NCBI GenBank assembly: GCA_016867715.1 | Contig: VGIW01000003.1 | Span: 5,251 to 69,250 of the forward strand | DNA length: 64,000 nt | Direction of reading: 5' to 3' | Source: Candidatus Eiseniibacteriota bacterium | GTDB taxonomy: Bacteria > Orphanbacterota > Orphanbacteria > Orphanbacterales > Orphanbacteraceae | Shown: positions 1 to 8,576 of the stretch, in pieces | Layout: each line of letters starts with the position of its first letter | Numbering within the stretch: the stretch's first letter is position 1 | Translations under genes and position numbers: made by a program | Notes under the pieces: model-generated | Seen by the model: only the letters and a program-made list of their open reading frames with translations | Database searches by the model: none | What the model was told of the DNA's origin: nothing

Positions 1-411
1 CTCGACCGGCTCGGGATACCTCACGAGATCGTCGTCGCTTCCGCGCACCGGAATCCTGATGAGGTGCGGCGCTGGGCGCGAAGCGCGGAGAAGCGCGGGA
101 TCCGGGTCGTGATCGCGGCGGCGGGGCTCGCGGCGGCTCTTCCGGGCGTGGTCGCGAGCCACACGACGCTTCCGGTCATCGGCGTGCCGGTCGCTGCGGG
201 GCCGCTTCGCGGCATGGACGCGCTCCTCTCGATGGTCCAGCTCCCTTCCGGAGTTCCGGTGGGGACGGTCGCGCTCGGCGAGACCGGCGGAAAGAACGGG
301 GCGCTCCTCGCGGCGCGGATTCTGGCTCTTCACGATCCGGGTCTCCGCGGACGATTGCTTCGCATGCGAACCTCTTCGATGAAGAGCGGCGCGAAGGAGC
401 GCACGCAGTGA
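1..411 (+). CDS. purE: N5-carboxyaminoimidazole ribonucleotide mutase (5'-truncated by window edge)
   Basis: Frame open from base 1: VASAHRNP, IAAAGLAAALPG, PVIGVP, DALLSMVQLPSGVPVGTV motifs. Confidence 0.95.
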   Translation, partial: LDRLGIPHEIVVASAHRNPDEVRRWARSAEKRGIRVVIAAAGLAAALPGVVASHTTLPVIGVPVAAGPLRGMDALLSMVQLPSGVPVGTVALGETGGKNGALLAARILALHDPGLRGRLLRMRTSSMKSGAKERTQ

Positions 412-1013
412 GCGCGCGCGAGATCGCGATCGAGGAGGCCTCTTCGGGCGAGGGCCTGGGTCTCGTGCTCGAGACGATTCGAGCGAAGGGGACTCTCGCG
501 TATCCCGCCGAGACGATGTACGGCATCGGGGGGGACGGCCTCGATCGGGAGGTCGCCGCTCGCATCGCCGCGGCGAAAGGGAGCCCGCCGGGGAAGCCGT
601 TTCTACTTCTTCTGGACGATGTCGACAGGTGGCGCCAGGTGGCGGCGTCGCTTCCGCCGAGCGCCGAAGAGGCGGCGAGAAAGCACTGGCCGGGCCCGCT
701 CACCCTTCTTCTTCCGGCGCGGGACGACTGCGCCGCCGCCTACGAGGGGAAGGTCGCAGTGCGCGTGCCGGACCTCGAGGTCGTCCGCGTGTGGGTGCGC
801 GAGGCGGGTCGCCCGCTCTTTTCCACGTCCGCGAACCGCGCGGGCCGCGCCCCCGTGCGTGGGCCGGAGGAGCTCCGCGCTCTCTTCGGCGAGCGTCTCG
901 ACCTCCTCGTCACCGGTCCCGTCTTCCCCTCGACCGGTCTCCCCTCCACGATCGTCGATGCCACCGCCGATCCTCCGCGCGTTCTGCGCCGCGGCGCCGC
1001 GCCGTTTCCGTAG
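408..1013 (+). CDS. tsaC: L-threonylcarbamoyladenylate synthase (Sua5/YrdC/TsaC)
   Basis: YPAETMYGIG, WPGPLTLLL, STSANRAG, PSTIVD motifs; GTGA overlap with purE. Confidence 0.92.
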   Translation: MSAREIAIEEASSGEGLGLVLETIRAKGTLAYPAETMYGIGGDGLDREVAARIAAAKGSPPGKPFLLLLDDVDRWRQVAASLPPSAEEAARKHWPGPLTLLLPARDDCAAAYEGKVAVRVPDLEVVRVWVREAGRPLFSTSANRAGRAPVRGPEELRALFGERLDLLVTGPVFPSTGLPSTIVDATADPPRVLRRGAAPFP

Positions 1014-1368
1014 GGGGATGCGGGAGAGAAGTTCACGGCGTTGCAGGGAGGGGATACAAGCATACGAAAAGAACCGAGAGGGAGGTGTGGCAGTACCTCA
1101 TGAGGTTTCGGATCGTCAGCATTCCTCCATCACGAAGGCATCCTGTCGTTTCGCGTAGAAAGCTGTAATATGATGGGATTGATGAAGCGGTGCTTGAAGA
1201 GCCGGATCGTCGTGCGTGTTTGTGGAGAGCTGTGGGAGTTCTCAAGGTCGGAGCCTGAAGCGCCTATCGTCATCAGCAAGGGAAGACAGACGTCGCCTGC
1301 GGTTCGGGACCGGCGTCATGCTCGCTCCACCACCTACCGCCTGCGTGTCCAGCTGCAAGGAGGATGTC

Positions 1369-2769
1369 ATGGCCGGAGATGGAAGTTTTGACGAGGAAGT
1401 ATTCTTCAGCTACGCGAGCGAGGACCTGCACCACGTTCGCCAACTCGCACGAAGGCTCTGGGACGAGTACCGGATCTCGAGCTTCGTCGCTGACGACGCT
1501 CTGAAGGATCTCGCGAGAGGCGACAGATGGGAGCAGACCCTCCTCGAAAAGGTGACGAGGTGCCGGTTCTTCGCGCTCTATGCCTCCCGGTCGGTCATGG
1601 CTTCCGCGTGGGTCAATCGAGAGGTACAGCGGTTCTTTGAGGGAGCGTACTCACGGGACAACCGAAGGAAGATGTTTGTTCTCACGAGGACGGCGCAGCC
1701 GGGGGCGCATCTTCCGGCGATTCTGCGTGACTTTCTCTGGGACAAAGACGAGGATGAACTCGTCCGGGATATCGTTGCGGAACTTATAAGGTTCCTTAGT
1801 GCAGAAAAGACATCGGCTCGCGATGAGCGCGACAAGCTGGCTTCCCAGTTGGAGGCGGAGTGCGAATCAGCCGCCAAGAAAGTCCGGGAGGCGTTCGGGC
1901 ACTACGGGCAAACGAGATTCTGGAAGCCCTTTTCCCGTCACGGTCACCTGCACATCTTCACGTGCGGCCGTGATGTGCCCCCGGAGAAACACAGGGGTTC
2001 CGGAGGACGTACCAACATCGATCGCTGGGACTACCAGACGGTGCTTCAGATCACACACTTCTTCGCCGAGAACTTCCCAGGCACGAAGGTCACAATCGAG
2101 GATCCGGTGGCCAAGCTTGCTGCGGAGGACTTGACGGGAGCGAGATTGGGACACCGCGTCGCCGGCCTCATGCGGCAGCTGGAAGACAAAGACTGCGTGG
2201 TTATCGGTTCGCCGGATGTCAGCGATTTCGCCGAGATCGTCTTGGCTGAACTGCACGGGACGCAGTCGTTTGCCGAAGGCACGGACAAGTTGGGGAGGAG
2301 GGGGCGGGAAAAGCGAAGAGGTTTCGCCCTTATTAAAGCGGAGATGAAGGCACCGAGTTCGACCTACTGGCTCAAGACCGAAGATGAAGAGGTCGGCGTG
2401 AAGTGGATCGAAACCGACAAGCAGTTCAGCGTGATAGAAGAGGACGGTCTCGGCACGACCTATGGAGTCCTGGTCGTGTGCGACAATCCCTTTGTCCGGG
2501 CATCAAGGGAACACAAGGTGATCATCTTTTCGGGCTTTTCGGGTGTCGCAACGTATGGCATGTCTTGGTTGCTGACATCAATCGACGCCCTTAGTGAATT
2601 CTTCAAGATCGACCAACGATTCGGCTCGCTCGACACCGATTTCGAAGCCCTCGTTGAAGTGCAGTATGCTTACGAGCTTGAGGGGAGGGCCGCGGGTGAT
2701 CGTCGCAGGCTGATTGCGACGGAGCCGGTAAGGGTCGAAGCAATGGTGGAGATTCCGCGGCTCGTGTGA
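1369..2769 (+). CDS. TIR-domain protein with coiled coil and unassigned C-terminal domain (466 aa)
   Basis: AAGGAGG RBS before ATG 1369; N-terminal VFFSYASED...SAWVNREV TIR_2-type motifs; helical linker EKTSARDERDKLASQLEAE; lower GC than flanks. Confidence 0.8.
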   Translation: MAGDGSFDEEVFFSYASEDLHHVRQLARRLWDEYRISSFVADDALKDLARGDRWEQTLLEKVTRCRFFALYASRSVMASAWVNREVQRFFEGAYSRDNRRKMFVLTRTAQPGAHLPAILRDFLWDKDEDELVRDIVAELIRFLSAEKTSARDERDKLASQLEAECESAAKKVREAFGHYGQTRFWKPFSRHGHLHIFTCGRDVPPEKHRGSGGRTNIDRWDYQTVLQITHFFAENFPGTKVTIEDPVAKLAAEDLTGARLGHRVAGLMRQLEDKDCVVIGSPDVSDFAEIVLAELHGTQSFAEGTDKLGRRGREKRRGFALIKAEMKAPSSTYWLKTEDEEVGVKWIETDKQFSVIEEDGLGTTYGVLVVCDNPFVRASREHKVIIFSGFSGVATYGMSWLLTSIDALSEFFKIDQRFGSLDTDFEALVEVQYAYELEGRAAGDRRRLIATEPVRVEAMVEIPRLV

Positions 2770-3146
2770 TCTGACAAACGTGAAGGGTGGCGGGCGGGTG
2801 TTCGACCGAGAGGCAGCGGGGCCGCGAGAGCCGATGAGTCTCCGCGCTCTGGCCAGGGTGGTCCGAGAAGGCGATCTCGAGAACGGGCTTGGCGTTAGCG
2901 TCCGGATCATTCGGTGATGTATTAAGCATTCTTCCTTTTTGTGGCGCGGACATGCAGTCTATGACCGCGTCGCATCGATGCCTTCGCGTCGGGAAGGAGG
3001 TCATTGCATCACCGCGGCATACCGCGCCTTGGTGGCTCAGATGGCGAGGGGAGGGTGAGCGTGCGTCTCGTCGGACGCGGCAGCTGCGCACGAGCTGTCG
3101 GCGAGCCGCGGTCTTTCGGTCTCCGAGAAGATGCTAGGATGAAACC

Positions 3147-3335
3147 ATGATCGGTAAGGTCGTCCAAAGGCACGTGCTGGGTGATCCTGCCGCCGCGCGG
3201 CGAGATCTGGTGTATTGGGTGGGGCGATCGCCCGCGGAGCGCCTGGCGGCCGTCGAGATGCTCAGGCGATGGGTCCGTGGATGTTCAGCCAGACTTCAGA
3301 GAACTGATCGAGTTGTTCAACAGACACTGGATTGA
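3147..3335 (+). CDS. Small protein of the type that precedes short nucleotidyltransferases (putative antitoxin/partner)
   Basis: DLVYWVGRSPAERLAAVEMLRR...RLQR motif; overlaps the start of the downstream nucleotidyltransferase fragment. Confidence 0.55.
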   Translation: MIGKVVQRHVLGDPAAARRDLVYWVGRSPAERLAAVEMLRRWVRGCSARLQRTDRVVQQTLD

Positions 3336-3485
3336 GTATTTGGTTGTGGGCCGGGTCCAGGGTTTGTGGAAGCTATGGCGAACGTCCCTGTGCACTTCAT
3401 TGGGCGGGATATGTTGATCGCGAACAAGCGCGCGGTCGGCAGGAGGAATGACCATGCAGACATCGAGGCTCTTGGCGAGGAGTGG
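3277..3485 (+). pseudogene. Internally deleted, frameshifted nucleotidyltransferase (DUF6036-like)
   Basis: N-terminus VDVQPDFRELIELFNRHWIEYLVVG is followed in another frame by the family C-terminus VPVHFIGRDMLIANKRAVGRRNDHADIEALGEE; the central DxD catalytic region is missing. Confidence 0.65.
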
Positions 3486-3607
3486 CGCGTCAGCGCGGAC
3501 CTCGCTGCGGCAGTCGAGCGCGCCCCTGGAACCTCTCTTCGGGAACACGTTGGTAGTGTTTCTTGCGCGATGCGGCTGCTGAGCGGCAGCAGCAAGTGGA
3601 GTGAGAG

Positions 3608-4081
3608 ATGTTGAGCGCAACCATCAAGCTTTTTCTCGTACACGGTGACGCAAAGCGCATGCGCGCTGCTGAGCTCGTGAACTGGATCGGCAAAGCGGTG
3701 GCCGGGCCGCGGAGCGAGTTAGCCTGGACTATGCACGCGTTTCCTACTGCGGCCGCGGATCTCCCTTCGCGCTTCCGCGCTCCGGGAGCTTCCTCGGCGA
3801 CCGGTCCCTCCGGGACGGGTGCCCGCCTCGGTCGCGCGAGAAGACGCCTACGAGGCCTCCCTTCCGTCGCCGCTTCCTCAACGTAGTGCCGAGACTACGT
3901 TTCCGGGAGCGGCTCGTCCAGGTCGGCCTCTCGGGCCCTAGCTCCGCATCCTCGCGACGAAAACGCGTGCATAGTCGAGGCTAGCGCTGCCGCGACCGTG
4001 ATTCACGGCGGCTCTGCCAATGGACTCGTTGCTTGGAAAACGAAAGACGGGAAGACCCTGAAGGAACTCGAGGCGGGATAA
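3608..4081 (+). pseudogene. GIY-YIG/DUF4357 family nuclease gene remnant interrupted by a MITE-like element
   Basis: N-terminus ATIKLFLVHGDAKRMRAAELVNWIGKAVAGPRSEL (3608-3721) and C-terminus SAAATVIHGGSANGLVAWKTKDGKTLKELEAG* (3983-4081) flank an unrelated insert. Confidence 0.75.
3720..3984. mobile_element. MITE-like non-autonomous element (~264 bp) with 23-bp terminal inverted repeats
   Basis: tagcctggactatgcacgcgttt (3720-3742) vs aaacgcgtgcatagtcgaggcta (3961-3983): 22/23 inverted match; ends at TTAG and CTAG; no transposase. Confidence 0.75.
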
Positions 4082-4179
4082 CTAATGGACGAGTGGCCAG
4101 GGCTGCGCGCCGCTTCTGAAGCAGAGCAGTGGGCCCGCCACCTCGCGGTGGCACCACGGGCAGCCGTTGGAGGCGAACC

Positions 4180-4647
4180 GTGAACCCGAAGTTTGCGAGA
4201 ACCGTGGAATGCTTGGAACTGAGCTTTCAGAAACTCATGCAGCAGACACCGGTTCGTCCGGACACACTGCCTTCCGCCTTGCCGAGGCGGGGGATGTACT
4301 TGTTTTCCGACGGCGGGAGTGATCTGTACGTTGGGCGCACGAACAACTTGAAGGGTCGCATTCAGAGCCAGTGCCGCAGAAGCAGTAGTCACAATCAGGC
4401 CACCTTGGCCTTCCGAATCGCTCGGAAAGAAACGGGACGCACTCAGGCCTCATACACGACTTCTGGGTCTCGAGACGATCTCGAGAGTGACCCCGGGTTT
4501 GGCCCTGTCTTCAGTAGGGCGAAAGACCGAATCAGGAAGATGGACTTGCGATTCGTAGAGGAAGAGGGCCCCACCCGGCAGGCTCTTCTCGAGATCTGTG
4601 TGGCGACGGTTTTGGAGACACCCTACAACGATTTCGAAAACCACTGA
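4180..4647 (+). CDS. GIY-YIG nuclease family protein (155 aa)
   Basis: GMYLF...LYVGRTNNLKGRI, QALLE, PYN motifs; GGAGG RBS before GTG 4180. Confidence 0.8.
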   Translation: MNPKFARTVECLELSFQKLMQQTPVRPDTLPSALPRRGMYLFSDGGSDLYVGRTNNLKGRIQSQCRRSSSHNQATLAFRIARKETGRTQASYTTSGSRDDLESDPGFGPVFSRAKDRIRKMDLRFVEEEGPTRQALLEICVATVLETPYNDFENH

Positions 4648-4885
4648 GGGGGCAAATGCTGCCCAACAAGCCGCATCCGGACTCCTCCGGCAAGCGAAAA
4701 GTCTATCCGTCAGGGCGCCGGGGTTGCACTACGGCCGTAACTCAGACCCCTTGGAGCATACTCTCCGTACCGGGAGCCGCGACCGGTGAGGAGCTACGAA
4801 TCGATCACTATCTGACCGCCCGGCACCGAGCCCCGGCGCGTAATCTCGACAGAGGTCCCCGGGTCGAGCGAGCCCCGTCCCTTCC

Positions 4886-4914
4886 TTGACGAACCCCTCT
4901 CCATCCGATAGGCT
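4886..4914 (+). promoter_or_regulatory. sigma70-type promoter for the phosphatase-rpiB/glyA operon
   Basis: TTGACG-N17-TAGGCT. Confidence 0.55.
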
Positions 4915-4922
4915 CGGCGATC

Positions 4923-5456
4923 GTGGGTGAGACCGGCGAGAAGAGGCGCGTCCTTTTTGTTTGCACCGGCAACATGTGCCGGAGCCCTCTGGCGGAGGGG
5001 ATCTTTCGGGGCCTTCTCCCCCCGGAGCAGGCCGGCCGCATTGAGGTTCTCTCCGCGGGGACGAACACGATCGACGGGGAGAGGCCGACCGACCTCGCGG
5101 AGGAGGTCGCGTCGGAGAACGGGATCGACATCGGCGGCATCCGCTCGCGCCGGTTGACGACCGCGCTCGTCCGCGCGAGCGATCTCATCGTGGTCATGAC
5201 GCGCGCTCATCGCGCGAGCGTTCTCTCCCTCGCGCCCGAGGCGGACACGAAGATCCTTCTCCTTCGGGATCTCCTTCCCCCTTCGAATCCCCGCGCGGGG
5301 AAGGACCTCCCCGATCCGATCGGCGGCCCGATGGAGGCGTACCGAGAGACGGTTCGCGGCATCCGCGAGGCGCTCGCGAAGGGGTGGCTGGCGATTGAGC
5401 GGCGTCTCTTTGGGAAGGAAACGGCCGAACGGGATTCGACGTCGGCGGGGACTTGA
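4923..5456 (+). CDS. Low molecular weight protein-tyrosine/arginine phosphatase (YwlE-like)
   Basis: VLFVCTGNMCRSPLAE P-loop and DLPDPIGG. Confidence 0.92.
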   Translation: MGETGEKRRVLFVCTGNMCRSPLAEGIFRGLLPPEQAGRIEVLSAGTNTIDGERPTDLAEEVASENGIDIGGIRSRRLTTALVRASDLIVVMTRAHRASVLSLAPEADTKILLLRDLLPPSNPRAGKDLPDPIGGPMEAYRETVRGIREALAKGWLAIERRLFGKETAERDSTSAGT

Positions 5457-5537
5457 AGAGGGTCGTCTCGGGGATCGGCCGAGGCGGCGAGAAGGAACGG
5501 AACGGTCGGCTCGCCGAGCCGACGGCTGGGTGACGGG

Positions 5538-7250
5538 ATGAAGATCGCGGTTGCGAGTGATCACGCCGGATTCGAGCGAAAGAAGAAAATCATTTCGTGG
5601 CTCAAGGAACTCGGACAGGACCCGGCCGATCTCGGCCCTCCGAACGCGGAGCCGTGCGACTATCCGAAGTACGCCTACGCCGTCGCGCGGAGCATCCGCG
5701 AGGGATCGGCGGAACGGGGCGTCCTCGTCTGCGGAAGCGGGATCGGCATGTCGATGGCGGCGAACCGCCTGACGGGGGTGCGCGCCGCGCTCTGCTCGGA
5801 CCGGGAGGCGGCGCGTCTTTCGCGCGCGCACAACGACGCGAACGTCCTCGTCCTCTCCGGGCGCGCGATGGACGACGGCGAGGCGCGCGCCGCGCTTGAG
5901 ACGTGGATCGCCGAGCCGTTCGAGGGGGGACGCCACGAGGCGCGCGTGCGCGGGATCGATCTCCCCTCCTACGGGGGAACCGAGGAGCCGGCCCCGCCGG
6001 GGGGCGGACGGCTTTCGTATCTTTTCCAGACCGATCCCGAGATCGCGGAGGCGATCCTCGGCGAGAGGCGTCGGCAGGAGACGAAGCTCGAGCTGATCGC
6101 GTCGGAGAACTTCGCGAGCGAGGCGGTTCTCGAGGCGCTCGCGACCCCGATGAACAACAAGTACGCCGAAGGGTACCCGGGGAAGCGTTACTACGGCGGC
6201 TGCGAGTTCGTGGACGTCGCCGAGCAGCTCGCGATCGACCGCTTGAAAATGATCTTCGGCGCGGATCACGCGAACGTGCAGCCCCATTCGGGCGCGTCGG
6301 CGAACATCGCCGCCTACTTCTCGCTCCTCGAGCACGGCGACACGATCCTCGGCATGAACCTCTCGCACGGTGGGCACCTCACGCACGGCCATCCGGTGAA
6401 CTTCTCCGGGCGCTTCTTCAAGGTTGCCCAGTACGGCGTGAGCCGGGAGACCGAGACGCTCGACTACGACGAGATCCGCAAGGTCGCGCGGGAAGCGAAG
6501 CCGCGCATGATCGTGAGCGGGTACTCCGCCTACCCGCGCACGATCGACTTCGCCGCCTTTCGATCGATCGCGGACGAGGTCGGTGCGTACCTCATGGTCG
6601 ACATCGCGCACATCGCCGGCCTCATTGCGGCGGGTCTCCATCCGAACCCGGTCCCGCACGCGGACATCGTAACGAGCACGACCCACAAGACCCTCCGGGG
6701 CCCGCGCGGCGGCTTCATCCTGTGCAAGAAGGAGCATCAGGAGGCGGTCGACAAGACGACCTTCCCGGGCATGCAAGGGGGGCCGCTCGAGCACTGCATC
6801 GCCGCCAAGGCGGTTTGCTTCCGCGAGGCGATGACGCCCGCCTTCCGCGAGTACCAGGGGCGGGTCGTCCGGAACGCCCGCGCGCTCGCCGCGGCGCTCG
6901 AGGCGAAGGGCTTCCGCCTCGTCTCGGGGGGGACGGACAATCACCTCATGCTCGTGAATTTGACCGACAAAGGATTGTCGGGGAAGAAGTCGGAGAAGGC
7001 GCTCGACCAGGCGGGGATCACGGTGAACAAGAACACGGTTCCCTTCGACGAGCGGTCGCCCTTCGTCACGAGCGGGATCAGGATCGGGACTCCGGCGGTG
7101 ACGACTCGCGGGATGGGGACGCGGGAGATGGAGCGCGTGGCGGAGCTCATCGGGCGCGTCCTCGCCGACCCGGCGAACGAGGGGAACCTCGAGGAAGTGC
7201 GGAAGGACGTCGAGGCTCTCTGCCGTCTGTTCCCGCTCTACCGCGGCTAG
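5538..7250 (+). CDS. glyA: Fused ribose-5-phosphate isomerase B / serine hydroxymethyltransferase
   Basis: N-terminal SDHAG, CGSGIGM, HNDANVL, FEGGRH (RpiB); C-terminal [34 protein letters not shown] (SHMT); no stop between them. Confidence 0.95.
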   Translation: MKIAVASDHAGFERKKKIISWLKELGQDPADLGPPNAEPCDYPKYAYAVARSIREGSAERGVLVCGSGIGMSMAANRLTGVRAALCSDREAARLSRAHNDANVLVLSGRAMDDGEARAALETWIAEPFEGGRHEARVRGIDLPSYGGTEEPAPPGGGRLSYLFQTDPEIAEAILGERRRQETKLELIASENFASEAVLEALATPMNNKYAEGYPGKRYYGGCEFVDVAEQLAIDRLKMIFGADHANVQPHSGASANIAAYFSLLEHGDTILGMNLSHGGHLTHGHPVNFSGRFFKVAQYGVSRETETLDYDEIRKVAREAKPRMIVSGYSAYPRTIDFAAFRSIADEVGAYLMVDIAHIAGLIAAGLHPNPVPHADIVTSTTHKTLRGPRGGFILCKKEHQEAVDKTTFPGMQGGPLEHCIAAKAVCFREAMTPAFREYQGRVVRNARALAAALEAKGFRLVSGGTDNHLMLVNLTDKGLSGKKSEKALDQAGITVNKNTVPFDERSPFVTSGIRIGTPAVTTRGMGTREMERVAELIGRVLADPANEGNLEEVRKDVEALCRLFPLYRG

Positions 7251-7271
7251 GCCGCGACAGGAGGGGCCGCC

Positions 7272-7721
7272 GTGCGCTGTCCTTCGTGCGGAAAGGATCG
7301 CGACAAGGTCGTTGATTCCCGGAGCGTGCGCGCCGGGAGGGCGGTGCGGCGGCGGCGGCATTGCACGGAGTGCGGGCATCGCTTCACGACGTACGAGTAC
7401 GTCGACACCGCGGTGTTCGTCGTCGTCAAGAAGGACGGGAGGCGCGAGCCGTACAACCGGGAGAAGCTCGTCAGCGGGATCCTCACCGCGTGCGAGAAGC
7501 GGCCGGTCTCCCGCGACGCGATCGACGCCCTCGTGGATCGGGTCGAGACGGCGATCGGGGAACAGGGAGAGCGCGAGGTCCGGAGCCAGACGATCGGCGA
7601 GGCGGTGATGAAGGAGCTCCGCAAGCTGGACGAGGTCGCGTACGTTCGTTTTGCCTCGGTGTATCGACGCTTCAAGGATGTGGGCGAGTTCCTGGACGAA
7701 GTCCGCTCGCTCCTTGACTGA
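7272..7721 (+). CDS. nrdR: Transcriptional repressor NrdR
   Basis: CPSC...VVDSR...RRRRHCTEC..RFTTYE zinc ribbon, ATP cone, VAYVRFASVYRRF. Confidence 0.96.
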   Translation: MRCPSCGKDRDKVVDSRSVRAGRAVRRRRHCTECGHRFTTYEYVDTAVFVVVKKDGRREPYNREKLVSGILTACEKRPVSRDAIDALVDRVETAIGEQGEREVRSQTIGEAVMKELRKLDEVAYVRFASVYRRFKDVGEFLDEVRSLLD

Positions 7722-7724
7722 TCG

Positions 7725-8576
7725 ATGTCCGCGAGGCGAAGACCGGCCGGCCGCTCCGATCGCAAGGAGATGCCCTTCCTCGAACACCTCGAGGAGCTCC
7801 GCGGGGTTCTCCTCCAATCCGCAGCCCTCGTCGCCCTCTTCGCGTGCGGCGGATGGTTCCTTTCGAGCGAGGGGCTCGACCTCCTCATCCGTCCGGTCGG
7901 ATCGCTCGTCTTTCTAGGCCCGACCGAGGCGTTCACCCTCCGCCTCAAGATCGCCCTTCTCCTCGGCTTCCTCGCCTCGCTCCCCTTCGTTCTCTACAAG
8001 GTGTGGAGCTTCGTGGCGCCCGGTCTCTTCGAGCGTGAGAGACGCTTCGTCGTTCTCGTCGTCGGAGCCTCGACGGTTCTCTTCCTCGCGGGGGCCGCCT
8101 TCGGCCTCTTTGTGCTCGTGCCGATCGCGGTCGCCTTCCTCCTCGGCTTCGGCACGGAGAGCCTCCGCCCGATGATCGCGGCGGGGAACTACTTCGCGTT
8201 CGTGACGAAGCTTCTTCTTGCGTTCGGGGTCGTCTTCCAGCTCCCGCTCGCGGTCACGCTCCTCACACACGTCGGCCTGCTCCAGCCGGAGTGGCTTCTC
8301 CGGAAGTGGCGCTACGCGATCGTCGTGATCGCGGTGGTGTCGGCGGTCCTCACGCCCCCCGACGTCGCCTCGCAGATCCTGATGGGTGTCCCAGTCCTCG
8401 CGCTCTACTTCCTCTCGATCCTCATCTCGTTCGCCGTCCGAAAGAAACGACGGGAAGAGAACGAACGCGATCGGGAGAGCGAGGAGGGCGAGGGAGGCGA
8501 GGAAACCGGCGGAGAGAACGGAGACGAAATCGAAGAAGAAACCGAACGGGTGAGGCGAACGGAGGATCCGGAGTGA
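7725..8576 (+). CDS. tatC: Twin-arginine translocase subunit TatC
   Basis: MPFLEHLEELR, FVAPGL, FGVVFQLP, LTPPDVASQ. Confidence 0.95.
   Translation: MSARRRPAGRSDRKEMPFLEHLEELRGVLLQSAALVALFACGGWFLSSEGLDLLIRPVGSLVFLGPTEAFTLRLKIALLLGFLASLPFVLYKVWSFVAPGLFERERRFVVLVVGASTVLFLAGAAFGLFVLVPIAVAFLLGFGTESLRPMIAAGNYFAFVTKLLLAFGVVFQLPLAVTLLTHVGLLQPEWLLRKWRYAIVVIAVVSAVLTPPDVASQILMGVPVLALYFLSILISFAVRKKRREENERDRESEEGEGGEETGGENGDEIEEETERVRRTEDPE

Noticed and set aside
1033-1122. Short minus-strand signal-peptide-like ORF (MLTIRNLMRY...)
   Set aside because: GGAGG lies only 1 nt from the ATG and there is no other support
1216-1368. N-terminal extension of the TIR ORF
   Set aside because: A strong AAGGAGG RBS precedes ATG 1369 and the TIR motif begins right after it
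3608-3886. 92-aa ORF as an intact gene
   Set aside because: It is the DUF4357 N-terminus reading through into the inserted element
4794-7817. 1007-aa minus-strand ORF
   Set aside because: Antisense shadow of the phosphatase, rpiB-glyA and nrdR genes; Arg/Pro-rich with no motifs, expected from high-GC codon bias
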